A stretch of 48,272 nt of DNA from Microcystaceae cyanobacterium. Its GTDB lineage: Bacteria > Cyanobacteriota > Cyanobacteriia > Cyanobacteriales > Microcystaceae. The notes under the pieces are model-generated. The model ran no database searches and had not been told where the DNA came from. It was given only the letters and a program-made list of their open reading frames with translations. The stretch lies in the NCBI GenBank assembly GCA_041746575.1, contig JBGTGT010000102.1, forward strand, positions 1 to 48,272, given 5' to 3'. A program made the position numbers and the translations under genes. How positions within the stretch are numbered: position 1 is the stretch's first letter; every line of letters starts with the position of its first letter. Below are positions 9,424-20,033 of the stretch, one piece after another.

Positions 9424-10455
9424 ATGCCGAATACCGATATTTTGCTGGGGAAATCCCTCTCTGAATTAACCCAATGGGTAGAAAACGAAGGACAACCGTC
9501 TTATCGCGGTAAACAACTTCATGAATGGTTATACCAAAAAGGGGCGCGATCACTGTCTGAAATCTCGGTTTTTCCAAAATCTTGGCGAGAAAATTTAGAA
9601 AATAAAGCGATTGGTCGCTCAAACATCCATTATCGTACCATTGCACCTGATAAAACCCGTAAATACCTTCTCACTCTCTCCGATGGTTTGATGATCGAAA
9701 CCGTTGGCATTCCCAGTCAGAAACGGTTAACGGTTTGTGTCTCCTCTCAGGTCGGGTGTCCGATGTCTTGTGACTTTTGTGCGACAGGCAAAGGAGAATT
9801 TAGCCGTAATTTAAAAGATTATGAAATTGTTGACCAAATTTTAACAGTTCAGCAAGATTTTCAGCGACGGGTGTCGCATGTGGTTTTTATGGGAATGGGA
9901 GAACCCCTGTTAAACTTAGAAGAAGTAGTCTCTTCAGTAAGAACTTTAAATCAAGAAGTGGGAATTGGCCAGCGTTCTCTGACGATTTCTACAGTCGGTA
10001 TTCCCCAAAAAATTCAACAATTAGCCAATTATAAATTACAAACAACGCTTGCTGTCAGTTTACACGCCTCGAATCAAAAGCTTCGAGAAAAATTGATTCC
10101 CAGCGCAAAACATTATCCCTTAGAAACGCTATTAAAAGACTGTCGAAATTATGTAAATATAACAAGCAGAAGAGTCAGCTTTGAGTATGTATTATTAGCA
10201 GGGGTTAATGATTCTTCCGAGCAAGCGATTGAATTAGCAAAACAGATCAAAGGATTTCAATGTCATGTTAATTTGATTCCCTATAATCCGATTACAGAAG
10301 CCGATTATAAACGTCCAACGCCTGAACAAGTCAACCGCTTCCAAACGAGCTTAGAGAACCAAAAAATTACCGCCAGTGTGCGTTACTCAAGGGGATTAGA
10401 AGCAGATGCCGCCTGTGGACAACTACGCATCCGACAAGGGAATATGCGCCCTTAG
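9424..10455 (+). CDS. rlmN: 23S rRNA (adenine-C2)-methyltransferase RlmN
   Basis: [16 protein letters not shown] radical-SAM motif, MGMGEP, AACGQL. Confidence 0.97.
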   Translation: MPNTDILLGKSLSELTQWVENEGQPSYRGKQLHEWLYQKGARSLSEISVFPKSWRENLENKAIGRSNIHYRTIAPDKTRKYLLTLSDGLMIETVGIPSQKRLTVCVSSQVGCPMSCDFCATGKGEFSRNLKDYEIVDQILTVQQDFQRRVSHVVFMGMGEPLLNLEEVVSSVRTLNQEVGIGQRSLTISTVGIPQKIQQLANYKLQTTLAVSLHASNQKLREKLIPSAKHYPLETLLKDCRNYVNITSRRVSFEYVLLAGVNDSSEQAIELAKQIKGFQCHVNLIPYNPITEADYKRPTPEQVNRFQTSLENQKITASVRYSRGLEADAACGQLRIRQGNMRP

Positions 10456-10635
10456 AAAGGGAAATTATTGCTAAACTTTGATATTACTGTTCTGCGTTGT
10501 CAAGCTAACTTCATAATTCTTAATGCTTCTTAGCTGAATCCCCCTTATAATAAAGTCATAATATCATAACATTCAGGACAAGCTTAGTTTGGGTTAAACA
10601 TCCATTTCCTTGAATTGGGCTAGGAGGAAAATCGC

Positions 10636-11163
10636 ATGAACGTCAGAGATTTATTTAGACACTATATTCGCAATCAACGCAATTTTACGGGAGAAAACTT
10701 TCATCAGGCTGATCTACAGGGCTTTAACTTTCAGAGAATCGATTTTACCCGCTCTGACTTGAGTGGAGCGAATTTGAAAAACACAGACTTGAGTGGAGCT
10801 TGTTTGTATCAAGCGAATTTAACCGACGCTGATCTCAGCGAAGCCTGCTTAGTTGGTGCTAATTTAGGGGAAGCGAACCTGATTGGCGCTGATTTGAGTG
10901 GAGCCGATTTATCAGGGGCAGACTTAACAGGAACAGATTTACGCTGTGCTAATCTAACGGGCGCGAACTTATCTCGGACGAATCTCACTCGAACTCATCT
11001 CGATGGGACTGATCTCAGTCAAGTAAACCTTAAAGAAGCGCGGATTGTCAATACAGACTTTAGCGTCGCTCAAGCAGAAGAAAGTCAGTTGACAGAAGTT
11101 CAAGAATCTTTAGCGGATACATTTGGCACCTATTCTGCTAACTGGGTGACGTGGGCAGGTTAG
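10636..11163 (+). CDS. Pentapeptide repeat protein
   Basis: Tandem A(D/N)LxG-type repeats; AGGAGG RBS. Confidence 0.92.
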   Translation: MNVRDLFRHYIRNQRNFTGENFHQADLQGFNFQRIDFTRSDLSGANLKNTDLSGACLYQANLTDADLSEACLVGANLGEANLIGADLSGADLSGADLTGTDLRCANLTGANLSRTNLTRTHLDGTDLSQVNLKEARIVNTDFSVAQAEESQLTEVQESLADTFGTYSANWVTWAG

Positions 11164-11286
11164 GGGCGTTAATTTGAGAGTGCTTTTCTATAGAGGTTAT
11201 TGCCCTACGCCTCTAAGTGTTTGACCTATTATAAGGAAGCAAAGCAAGTTATCATGCTATTTTTAACTCTAATTGCTTTCTAGCTA

Positions 11287-11444
11287 AACGTGAGTTCGAC
11301 AATCAAAAAATCTACGAGTCTTCTTTATCTAATTTTTTTGTGCAGGGGGTGTGGGGGGCTAGTCCCCCAATCAAGAATTTGTTTTCCTAATCCCAATGAG
11401 AATGGACAAAAGGATTGAGATAATTGCCCTCGTCGAGCTCACTT
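11287..11444. mobile_element. MITE-like dispersed repeat, copy 2 (complete, about 158 bp)
   Basis: Terminal inverted repeats AACGTGAGTTCGAC (11287-11300) and GTCGAGCTCACTT (11432-11444); body matches 1-150. Confidence 0.8.
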
Positions 11445-11469
11445 AATTAAGCCAAAAGGAGAAAAAGCA

Positions 11470-11685
11470 ATGTTTTTACAACCTAAATGCCATGAAGATT
11501 TGATCGAAGTTTTAGATTCAGAACAGTTATTTAATCCTTGTCTGAAGCAGTTTTTAGGGCGATCGCACTGGGGGGAAGAATTACAAGATCCTGAAATGTA
11601 TTCTAAGGAGGAAATGGTATTTCCGTCGGGCGAAAAACTGCCGCGTTGTTGGTTAGAACCCAATTACCGATTAACAACCGTCTAA
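11470..11685 (+). CDS. Small conserved cyanobacterial protein (family often labelled 'acetyltransferase'; function unknown)
   Basis: GEELQDPE...FPSGEKLPRCW motif; AAGGAG RBS. Confidence 0.75.
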   Translation: MFLQPKCHEDLIEVLDSEQLFNPCLKQFLGRSHWGEELQDPEMYSKEEMVFPSGEKLPRCWLEPNYRLTTV

Positions 11686-11745
11686 AATTCTTTCAATGCA
11701 GAAAAGCTTTTTGTGCCTAAATCAGGGTGGGGTGCTGGGGTAGCC

Positions 11746-12297
11746 TTAAGAAGGTAAGCGATCGCCCGGACAAACCTTTTGAGGACTTTCTAGACATTTT
11801 GGTTTCAATCGCCTCACTAAAGCGGCAAATTGTTTCCCATTTGCACCTTGTAAATTTAACACCTTAATTTCCTCTTGAACAGGGTTTCCTCGATGGTGAA
11901 TCGTGATTTTTTCTTTTCCTATTGTCCCAAAGGTACTAAAGGCATTGGCTGCAAATTGACAAGATAAAGGGAATTCACCCATAAACACCTGTCCTTTATC
12001 GGCCTCATAATTCCAGTGAATCACATAACTCCCCTCTCGCTCCTTACAAAATAAATGCGTTACTTCAATCATCTTTGCTAAATGAACTTCATATAATCGT
12101 AATTCGGGAGTGACTGCTGTCACCGTTGTCGGACTATCTACCGTAAAAGTGGCATATCGTTCTGCAAAATTGCCCCCTGCTCCGGCAAAATTAATGTAAA
12201 CATTTTTGACAGGAATTGCATAACTTTTTTGGGCGTGAAACAGGGGATCACAAGTTGATATAAGAACTAAAAAATGAAACAAAGACTTGAATTTCAT
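11746..12297 (-). CDS. Hypothetical exported protein
   Basis: 183-aa ORF with a signal-like N-terminus and several Cys; no family recognised. Confidence 0.65.
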   Translation of the reverse strand: MKFKSLFHFLVLISTCDPLFHAQKSYAIPVKNVYINFAGAGGNFAERYATFTVDSPTTVTAVTPELRLYEVHLAKMIEVTHLFCKEREGSYVIHWNYEADKGQVFMGEFPLSCQFAANAFSTFGTIGKEKITIHHRGNPVQEEIKVLNLQGANGKQFAALVRRLKPKCLESPQKVCPGDRLPS

Positions 12298-12336
12298 GGG
12301 TTTACAGATTACAAGTAACTGTTAAGGGTTGACTGA

Positions 12337-13230
12337 CTAAAGATTCTGCGATTTCCCCCCCCAAAATAAACGAACCTGTTCGCTAGAACGTAACCATTTA
12401 ACTCCTAATACAACCATTAATACCCCCAAACGGTCTTGAGGGGATTTCAAAAGAGGATTTTGTAAAATTTCCTTAATATCTGTTCCTCTTGGCCAATCTT
12501 GTCGAATATTATTAATTAACCCCCTGAGAGACTGAGGGGGAAACACATCATGAACTCCCCCAATCACCCGCAGGGTTTTCGCTTTAATAGATTGCCACGT
12601 TGAACGAGTGGGATGACGAATAACGGCCTCTGTACAATAAATAGCCGTATATCCTGCTTGATGAACCCGTTTACCCCATTCCATATCTCCCCCCGATTTT
12701 AAGGTGGTCTTAAATACCCCTACTTGATCAAAAATTTGACGATAGGTGAATACATTGGCTGTTGCTCCAAAATACCATTTTTTAATATATTTTTCTTGAC
12801 ATAAATCCGTAATCATGGTAAATAATTCTACCGCATTGGGATGGTCAGGATCAAGGGGAAAAAGTTCTATATTTCCGGCTACTAAACCACAATTTGGCGT
12901 ATTTTGTAAGCATTTTATCCCTTTCTCCAGCCAAGTCGGCATCGGCAAACAATCGGCATCGGTAAAGGCTAAAATTGACCCCTGTGAGGCTTCAATGCCT
13001 AAGTTACGGGAGGCGTAAGAACTGCGAGCTGTTTGAATAAAATAACGAATTTGGTCAAATTCAGACACACATTGCTGAATCGCTTGATCAGGACCATTAT
13101 CCACCACAATAATTTCATATTGTTCGCAAGACAAGGTTTGTTGTTGTAACGCTTGTAGGCATTTTCTCAACCCTTCGACATCATTGAGAACGGGAATAAT
13201 TACTGAAACCAAAGGAGAGGTAGGAGTCAT
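12337..13230 (-). CDS. Family 2 glycosyltransferase
   Basis: VSVIIPV, IIVVDNG, RNLG, FTDADC motifs. Confidence 0.92.
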   Translation of the reverse strand: MTPTSPLVSVIIPVLNDVEGLRKCLQALQQQTLSCEQYEIIVVDNGPDQAIQQCVSEFDQIRYFIQTARSSYASRNLGIEASQGSILAFTDADCLPMPTWLEKGIKCLQNTPNCGLVAGNIELFPLDPDHPNAVELFTMITDLCQEKYIKKWYFGATANVFTYRQIFDQVGVFKTTLKSGGDMEWGKRVHQAGYTAIYCTEAVIRHPTRSTWQSIKAKTLRVIGGVHDVFPPQSLRGLINNIRQDWPRGTDIKEILQNPLLKSPQDRLGVLMVVLGVKWLRSSEQVRLFWGGKSQNL

Positions 13231-13509
13231 TCGATTTTAAATTGTTTCTTGTTGAGTTGACAGGTCACTTGGGAAGTAAAAATTAAGAAGGAATAAGAAA
13301 GAAGGACATGAAAGTATTTAAACCCAAAAAACAGGCAAATTCAAGAAAAATTCTACATTCTCTCTTCTTTGTTCCTCATGCCAATAAGGTACTGGTCACT
13401 GACGATTAAGTCAATTACCCTGTTTTTGAGCAACACCTGTTATCATTTCAAAGAAAAGAAATATAAAAAATTTAAGTTTGCTTAAGCAAGTCGAGTACGA
13501 GGAATCAGA

Positions 13510-14985
13510 ATGTACATTGTTCAAATTGCGTCCGAATGCGCCCCTGTCATTAAAGCCGGTGGATTAGGTGACGTGGTTTATGGGTTAAGCCGCGAATTAG
13601 AGAATCAAGGAAACTGCGTCGAACTGCTCCTACCAATGTACGATTGTATGCGGTATGACCATATCTGGGGACTCCATGATGCTTATCAGGATTTACTCGT
13701 TCCTTGGAATGGCGGGGCAATTAACTGTTCTGTGTATTGTGGTTGGGTTCATGGACGACTTTGCTTCTTTATTCAACCCCATTCAAGCGATAACTTCTTC
13801 AATCGGGGTTGTTATTATGGTTGTAGTGATGATAATATGCGTTTTGCCTTTTTCTCTAAGGCGGCGATGGAATTTTTACTCAAAAGTAATAAGCGTCCAG
13901 ATGTTATCCATTGTCATGACTGGCAAACCGGATTAATTCCTGTTTTATTGTATGAAATTTATCAGCATCATGGCATGTGGGCGCAACGGGTTTGTTATAC
14001 CATTCATAACTTTAAACATCAAGGGTCGTGTGGCGTTGAAGTTCTTGATGCTACAGGGTTATATCGGACTGAATATTACTTTGATTATTCTCGTTTGCGG
14101 GATAACTTCAATCCCTTTGCCTTAAACATGATGAAGGGGGGCATGCTTTATTCTAATGCGATTACGACCGTTTCACCGCACCATGCTTGGGAAGCCCACT
14201 ATACTGCAATTAGTTATGGTTTAGGTCATACGCTTCATCTCAATCAACATAAATTTAAAGGGATTCTCAACGGGGTTGATTATAATATCTGGAGTCCTGA
14301 AACTGACCAATATATTCCCTATCATTATTCCCCAGAAACTTTTGCCGAAAAAGCCAAGAATAAAAAAGCGTTGCGGGAACGTTTACTCTTACAAGATGTC
14401 GATAAACCGATTGTGGCTTTTATTGGTCGTCTCGATGATCAAAAAGGGGTACACCTTGTCCATCATTCTATTTATTATGCTTTAGGCAATGGCGCACAAT
14501 TTGTCCTTTTAGGTTCAGCAACAGAAGCGAGCATTAATAACCGTTTTTGGCATGAAAAGCATCACCTTAATAATAACCCTGATTGTCATTTAGAATTGGG
14601 CTTTAATGAAGAACTTTCTCACCTGATTTATGCAGGGGCGGATATCATTGTTGTTCCCAGTAATTACGAACCCTGTGGCTTAACGCAAATGATTGGCTTA
14701 AAATACGGCACAGTCCCTGTTGTGCGAGGGGTTGGCGGTTTAGTTAGTACCGTATTTGACTGGGATTATGACCAAGATCACGAACGGAAAGACCGCAATG
14801 GTTTTGTCTTTTATGAAGCGGATAATCATGCCCTCGAAACGGCTTTAGAACGGGCCTTAAAACTGTGGTATAATGAACCTAAACTCTTCAAAAAATTAGC
14901 CCTTCAAGGCATGGCTTGCGATTATTCTTGGAATATTCCAGGACAAGAATATATGGATTTATACGAGTTTATTCGCTATAAATAA
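13510..14985 (+). CDS. glgA: Glycogen synthase
   Basis: KAGGLGDV, HCHDWQT, EPCGLTQ, VGGL motifs. Confidence 0.96.
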   Translation: MYIVQIASECAPVIKAGGLGDVVYGLSRELENQGNCVELLLPMYDCMRYDHIWGLHDAYQDLLVPWNGGAINCSVYCGWVHGRLCFFIQPHSSDNFFNRGCYYGCSDDNMRFAFFSKAAMEFLLKSNKRPDVIHCHDWQTGLIPVLLYEIYQHHGMWAQRVCYTIHNFKHQGSCGVEVLDATGLYRTEYYFDYSRLRDNFNPFALNMMKGGMLYSNAITTVSPHHAWEAHYTAISYGLGHTLHLNQHKFKGILNGVDYNIWSPETDQYIPYHYSPETFAEKAKNKKALRERLLLQDVDKPIVAFIGRLDDQKGVHLVHHSIYYALGNGAQFVLLGSATEASINNRFWHEKHHLNNNPDCHLELGFNEELSHLIYAGADIIVVPSNYEPCGLTQMIGLKYGTVPVVRGVGGLVSTVFDWDYDQDHERKDRNGFVFYEADNHALETALERALKLWYNEPKLFKKLALQGMACDYSWNIPGQEYMDLYEFIRYK

Positions 14986-15081
14986 AATGCAAAGTACGAG
15001 GTGAAAGCTTAAAGCTGAATGATTAAAAACTTGATTTTGTCTCTGGCCTCATTTTAACCCGTTGTTGACAAAAAAGACAAT

Positions 15082-15990
15082 CTAAAATTTAAAGTCAAAC
15101 TGATAGTCTTCAGGTTCAGGACAAATAAAATTCATCAATTCTTGCGTCGTCGGATGTACAAAAGAAAGCTGATAAGCATGGAGGAAATAACCGACATCTC
15201 CCGGTGTAACGGATGAATCATCTTGCTTAGGAATTCCGCCCATTGTATATAGCGGCTCACCCAATAAAGGATAACCCTTTTTCGCTAAATGAATTCTAAT
15301 TTGATGGGGACGACCGGTTAAAATGGTAACCTCTAAAAGGGTACTTTTTTCACTTCGTTTTAAGACACGACCTTCACTATAAGACCATTTACCGTCAGGC
15401 GTAGCGGCATAAAGATAACCTAAACGGGGATAGGGAATTTTACCAATCGGATATTCAATGATAAATTGAGCCGGTAAATCACTTTTACCAATTAAGGTTC
15501 GATATACTTTACGAATTTGACGATTGCGCATCTGTTGGGTTAAATGAGAACGAGCCATGGCAGAACGTCCAATTAACATTAAACCAGATGTTCCCCGTCC
15601 TAATCGATGAATGGGAATAGGTTTATCCTGCGGGTACTGTTTTTTTAATTGCCAAAGTAAGGTATGTTCTAAAAATCCTCCCCCCGGTAAAACGGGTAAT
15701 CCTGACGGTTTATTAACGATTAATAAATGCTCATCTTCGTATAAAGTATCAAACGCTAAAGGGACATCGGGTTCTTGCCAAGGGAGACGGTGATAGATTA
15801 ACCATTGACCCCTTTCTAAACGGGTTTGCGGCATTACAGGACAATTATCCAGACAAATTTGTCCTAATCTTATTCGTTCTAACCATTCCTTATTAGTTGA
15901 ATGATGATACTTTTGCGTATAGTATTGTAAAACGGTCAGTCCTGCCTCTTGAAAACCGATTTGTTCTCGATACGTCCAACCTTGATTCAT
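15082..15990 (-). CDS. RluA family RNA pseudouridine synthase
   Basis: NKPSGL, HRLGRGTSG (Gly at the usual HRLD Asp position), TGRPHQIR. Confidence 0.88.
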   Translation of the reverse strand: MNQGWTYREQIGFQEAGLTVLQYYTQKYHHSTNKEWLERIRLGQICLDNCPVMPQTRLERGQWLIYHRLPWQEPDVPLAFDTLYEDEHLLIVNKPSGLPVLPGGGFLEHTLLWQLKKQYPQDKPIPIHRLGRGTSGLMLIGRSAMARSHLTQQMRNRQIRKVYRTLIGKSDLPAQFIIEYPIGKIPYPRLGYLYAATPDGKWSYSEGRVLKRSEKSTLLEVTILTGRPHQIRIHLAKKGYPLLGEPLYTMGGIPKQDDSSVTPGDVGYFLHAYQLSFVHPTTQELMNFICPEPEDYQFDFKF

Positions 15991-16309
15991 TAATTCAAAT
16001 TAACCCGACATTAAGAGATAAGCTCGATTAAGCTGTCACGATGGGCAAAAAGAAAAAGGTGATTGCCTCCTGAATTGATCGTTTAAATACACCCTGCTTA
16101 CTCCTTTTAAGATTACAATAAAAAATCATGCAACTATGATCGGATTTTTCTGGGCGATCGCTTGCGCTGTATATTAAGTTCAAACTCTCAATTTAAAATC
16201 AAGGTTAAACGCTTGACAAGGGTCTCAACTCTACAATCTCCAATTACTTTACATTGCTTCGGTTCTCATCCCTAAGAACTGTATACAAGGAAGGACAATG
16301 CCTGTTAAA

Positions 16310-16323
16310 GTAGTAATATAGAC
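16310..16323 (+). promoter_or_regulatory. Putative NtcA site overlapping the -10 box (repression geometry)
   Basis: GTA-N8-GAC, one mismatch to GTA-N8-TAC; overlaps TAATAT about 15 nt upstream of the riboswitch. Confidence 0.55.
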
Positions 16324-16333
16324 AAAAAGATAA

Positions 16334-16389
16334 ATCGTTCATCTGTCAGCAACAGACGGAAGTAGGAAGTCAATCTTCCGAAGGAACGC
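16334..16389 (+). ncRNA. Glutamine riboswitch (glnA motif, class I)
   Basis: ATCGTTCA-TCTGT/ACAGA-CGGAAGTA-GGAAG/CTTCC-GAAGGAACGC: P1 CGTTC/GAACG, P2, P3 and the E-loop residues are all present. Confidence 0.93.
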
Positions 16390-16426
16390 ACCTCAAACAA
16401 CCCTACGAGAAAATGAGGTGAAACGA

Positions 16427-16570
16427 ATGAACACTCAAACGCTTAAGACCGACTCCTTACGCCCGATTAACCGACAAGCTCGTTTACTCATGAGTCATCA
16501 GCGACAAGCGCAACGCAATCGTCAGCTTTCTTTGTTGCAACGGGCTTCCGAAGAAATTAGTCAAAAGTAA
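16427..16570 (+). CDS. gifA: Glutamine synthetase inactivating factor, IF7-like (47 aa; not in the ORF track)
   Basis: MNTQTLKTDSLRPINRQARLLMSHQRQAQRNRQLSLLQRASEEISQK matches the IF7/IF17 core QARxLM...NRQxSxLxRxxxEI. GAGGTG RBS; directly downstream of the riboswitch. Confidence 0.85.
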   Translation: MNTQTLKTDSLRPINRQARLLMSHQRQAQRNRQLSLLQRASEEISQK

Positions 16571-16589
16571 TTAAAAAGGACAAATAACC

Positions 16590-16721
16590 ATGAATATCAG
16601 ACAAATCCATCGAAACAGTTTGCTCAAAAATCTAGCGCATCGTCTAGAAGTCGCTAAACTAAGCGGCAATAATGCTCTAATTGAACAACTAGAGGCAGAA
16701 AAACGCCACTACAGTCAATAA
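16590..16721 (+). CDS. pirA: PirA-like PII-interacting regulator of arginine synthesis (43 aa; not in the ORF track)
   Basis: MNIRQIHRNSLLKNLAHRLEVAKLSGNNALIEQLEAEKRHYSQ matches the PirA pattern HRxN...RR(L/M)ExAxxxGDxxLxxQLExE. AAGGA RBS. Confidence 0.8.
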   Translation: MNIRQIHRNSLLKNLAHRLEVAKLSGNNALIEQLEAEKRHYSQ

Positions 16722-16729
16722 CCCATAAC

Positions 16730-16760
16730 GGGAGTTCTCAAGACGAGAATCCCTTTTTTT
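16730..16760 (+). terminator. Intrinsic terminator after pirA
   Basis: GGGAGTTCTC-N5-GAGAATCCC followed by T7. Confidence 0.8.
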
Positions 16761-16840
16761 ATCATAATTATCATAATGTCGGGCAGAATACCCCAATCTT
16801 CTTAAGTTGGGGATGCGGAAATAGTTCCGTCCACAGCCCA

Positions 16841-19339
16841 TCATTTGATTATTGTTTCCCCTGATTGTAATTTTACAAGACGATCACCTGTGCCATCTTT
16901 CCCCCATTCATTGACCTGATCGACTTCAACGGTTAACCGACGTTGTTGACAGGTGGGCAATATTAAAGTTTTATCCGTCTCGGCGAGAGTGATCAAGGCT
17001 AAATGATCCTCGGTTTGCTTAAATTGTAGAGCAGGTGTCCCCAAATCTCCCAGTTTACCTCTTCTAAATAAATTAACCGGAATTTTCTTGCCATAACCGT
17101 ATTGAGTGATTAAGATCAAGTTTTGCATCTGACGACCATTCACCCATCCCGCAATCCATTCCCCATAGCGTAGCTTAACCGCCTGATTGCCTTGAGCATT
17201 GCGTCCCATCAAGGGAATATCAGGTTCATCTACTAAAAAGCGTAAAATTCGACCGCTAGAGGTGGCAATAATGACATTATCTCCTGTTTGAGTCAAGTTA
17301 AAGCGGTGCAGTTTATCTCCCTCCTTTAATTTAATTAATACCAAACCTCGATTGGTTAACTCTGATAATTCCTCAGAAGTCATCCGTTTAATTTTTCCTA
17401 ATTCGGTGAGCAAAAGTAAATTTTGTTTAGGATTCGGCAGAAATAATTGACTGATAATTTTATTGGCGTCTCTTTGTCCACTTGCAGGCAATAATTCCAT
17501 TAAACGAACAATGTGACTGTCTTTAGGAGGGACATTTTGACAAGCAATGGGATAGGCTTTGCCGTGATCGGTAATCGCAATAAATTGTTCTTGTTGCTTA
17601 ATTAAGGCACGATAAACAGGGTAGTCTTCCCCCGTCTTAGGTTGAATCTTGCTCAGTTTCTCTAGCGTTTCCCAATACACTAATCCTTCTTTTGTCACCG
17701 TTAAAATTGCCTTGTCAGGGGGGGGTTGCGGCGTAAATAACGTCAACGGTTTAGACGGGGATTTTGGAGTTTCAACCTTCTCATTTTTGATCTCAATCTC
17801 TTTTTTGGGTTCTTTCGGTTTCGTAGAGACGGGTTTAGGTGTTAAAATCCGGGTGCGTCGCTCATCACCATATTTCCGTTTAAGCGATCGCAACTCTTTT
17901 TTGAGGGATTTTAGTAATTCGTGACGATCATTCAGCAGAATCTCTAATTCTTGAATTCTTTGCTGAAATTGGCTAAATTCCTCCTGTAATTTCTGTTTTT
18001 CTAACCCAGTCAAGCGACGTAACGGCATCGCTAAGATAGAATCCGCTTGTGCGGGAGTAATCTCTAAGTGTTCCTGTAATTGTACTTTGGCTGTGCCTCC
18101 ATCCGCCGCATGGCGTAAAATATCGATAACTAAGTCTAAATGATTTAAAGCGATTAATAATCCCTGTAAAAGATGGGTTCGTTTTCTGCCTTCCTCTAGC
18201 TCATAACGATATTGACGCGTTAGGGTTTGTTCCCGAAACTTAAGAAATTCGTCTAAAGTTTGGCGTAAAGACAATTGACAGGGTTTACTGTCAACTAAAC
18301 TTAGTAATATTGCTCCAAAATTACTTTTCAAAGCCGTTTTTGTATAAAGTTGCTGTAAAACCTTCTTTGCAGTTGTATCCCGTTTTACTTCAATGACAAC
18401 CCGCATTCCCGTGCGATCGCTTTCATCTCGAATATCAGCAATCCCCTCTATTTTGCCCTGTGTGACTAAATAAGCGACTTTTTCAATCCACCCCGCCTTA
18501 TTAACCTGATAAGGTAACTCTGTCACGACGATTGCCTTTCTTTCTCTAGGTCTTCGTCCTTCTAGAACTAAGGTTTCGGTTTTAATAACCCCCCGAATGG
18601 GAATAATGCCTTTTCCCGTACGATAGGCTTCTCTAATGCCTTCTGTCTCTAAAATTTCACCCCCTGTCGGAAAATCAGGGCCAGGAATAATCTCCCATAG
18701 TTTTTCATCAGTTAAGTCCGGCCGATCAATTAAGGCAATTAAGCCATCCACCAATTCACCCAAATTATGGGGGGGAACATTCGTTGCCATCCCCACCGCA
18801 ATACCCGAACAACCATTTAAGAGTAAAATCGGTAACTGTGCGGGCAAAACCACAGGTTCTTGTTGGGAATTGTCAAAATTATTCGTGAAATCGACAATAG
18901 ATTCACTGATATCCTCTAACATCCCCTCATAGGAGAGTGCATTCAGGCGGGTTTCTGTGTAACGCATGGCCGCCGGTGGATCATTGTCAATTGACCCAAA
19001 ATTGCCATGGCCAGCTAAAAGGGGGTAACGACAGGAAAAATCCTGCACCATTCTGACTAAAGCATCATATACCGACTGATCTCCATGGGGGTGATATTTC
19101 CCCAGCACATCCCCCACTACCCTTGCACATTTGCGAAACGGACGGTCTGGGGTTAATCCTAACTCATACATTGCGTAGAGAATACGACGGTGAACTGGCT
19201 TAAGTCCATCCCTGACATCGGGTAACGCCCGCCCGACAATGACACTCATGGCGTATTCTAAATAAGATCGGGACATTTCTTGGTGTAAAGCAGTGGGTAT
19301 AATTTGTCCAGAAGACAACAGTTTTAGCTGTTTTGCCAT
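16841..19339 (-). CDS. DNA gyrase/topoisomerase IV subunit A (second, ParC-like paralogue)
   Basis: [33 protein letters not shown] and catalytic AAMRYTE. C-terminal pinwheel is degenerate with no clear GyrA box. Confidence 0.92.
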   Translation of the reverse strand: MAKQLKLLSSGQIIPTALHQEMSRSYLEYAMSVIVGRALPDVRDGLKPVHRRILYAMYELGLTPDRPFRKCARVVGDVLGKYHPHGDQSVYDALVRMVQDFSCRYPLLAGHGNFGSIDNDPPAAMRYTETRLNALSYEGMLEDISESIVDFTNNFDNSQQEPVVLPAQLPILLLNGCSGIAVGMATNVPPHNLGELVDGLIALIDRPDLTDEKLWEIIPGPDFPTGGEILETEGIREAYRTGKGIIPIRGVIKTETLVLEGRRPRERKAIVVTELPYQVNKAGWIEKVAYLVTQGKIEGIADIRDESDRTGMRVVIEVKRDTTAKKVLQQLYTKTALKSNFGAILLSLVDSKPCQLSLRQTLDEFLKFREQTLTRQYRYELEEGRKRTHLLQGLLIALNHLDLVIDILRHAADGGTAKVQLQEHLEITPAQADSILAMPLRRLTGLEKQKLQEEFSQFQQRIQELEILLNDRHELLKSLKKELRSLKRKYGDERRTRILTPKPVSTKPKEPKKEIEIKNEKVETPKSPSKPLTLFTPQPPPDKAILTVTKEGLVYWETLEKLSKIQPKTGEDYPVYRALIKQQEQFIAITDHGKAYPIACQNVPPKDSHIVRLMELLPASGQRDANKIISQLFLPNPKQNLLLLTELGKIKRMTSEELSELTNRGLVLIKLKEGDKLHRFNLTQTGDNVIIATSSGRILRFLVDEPDIPLMGRNAQGNQAVKLRYGEWIAGWVNGRQMQNLILITQYGYGKKIPVNLFRRGKLGDLGTPALQFKQTEDHLALITLAETDKTLILPTCQQRRLTVEVDQVNEWGKDGTGDRLVKLQSGETIIK

Positions 19340-19619
19340 GGTTTTTCGTGTCCTGTGTCAGTATTTGCCAAAATAAAGATAGTTATCAGTAAACCGCAAT
19401 CGGGGTCTATTGTGCAAGGGACATCTGATATCCTAATTTTGTTCATTTTAATACACTCGTTCCCTTTTTTGGTCAGTGTGTCTACTAAAGTAAAGGTTTG
19501 CCAAAAAGCGATCGCTTCTACTTGATCGGTAGGTATGATAATGTTCGTAAATTTAAAGAACCTAATCCAATGTATCAGCTTCGAGCAGGTAAATAGGCAT
19601 ATTTCTTGAGATTAAACAC

Positions 19620-19651
19620 AAAAAAAGGGTTAACCGCAAAAGGGTCAACCC
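19620..19651 (-). terminator. Terminator of the RHH-ycf46-ycf35 operon
   Basis: GGGTTGACC-N7-GGTTAACCC followed by a T tract on the minus strand. Confidence 0.75.
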
Positions 19652-19679
19652 GTAGGCTTGGGAACGCGCTCTTGTTGGA

Positions 19680-20033
19680 TTAGCTTTGAACAACTAACTT
19701 GACATTAGCATTTTGTAAACCGCGCTGCTTAACTTCAGCTAAAGTTTTATTAACAGCGTATTTTTGGTTAATAGAGTTGATAAGTTCGGTTTGATTGTGT
19801 TTTTTGGCTACACCCCAAAGGTCAGCGATTAGATCAAAAGTTCCATCGCTATTACGAGACCAGCCGAGGTCATATTCACCATCAAGAACGGCAACAAGGT
19901 CGGCACGAACCCGTTGGCCATTGTAACCACGAACATCAGCTTCGGTTTTAACACTAATGCCAAGATCTTTAAGAGAATTCTTTAAGATTTCAGCTTCGGT
20001 GATTTTGGTACGAAGAGTGCTAAAGTGAGACAT
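19680..20033 (-). CDS. DUF1257/Ycf35-like protein
   Basis: MSHFSTLRTKI N-terminus and DLIADLW motif; follows the Ycf46-type ATPase; GGAGG RBS. Confidence 0.88.
   Translation of the reverse strand: MSHFSTLRTKITEAEILKNSLKDLGISVKTEADVRGYNGQRVRADLVAVLDGEYDLGWSRNSDGTFDLIADLWGVAKKHNQTELINSINQKYAVNKTLAEVKQRGLQNANVKLVVQS

Noticed and set aside
16028..16129. 33-codon minus-strand ORF (MIFYCNLKRS...) upstream of the RluA gene
   Set aside because: No RBS and no recognisable motif; length expected by chance.
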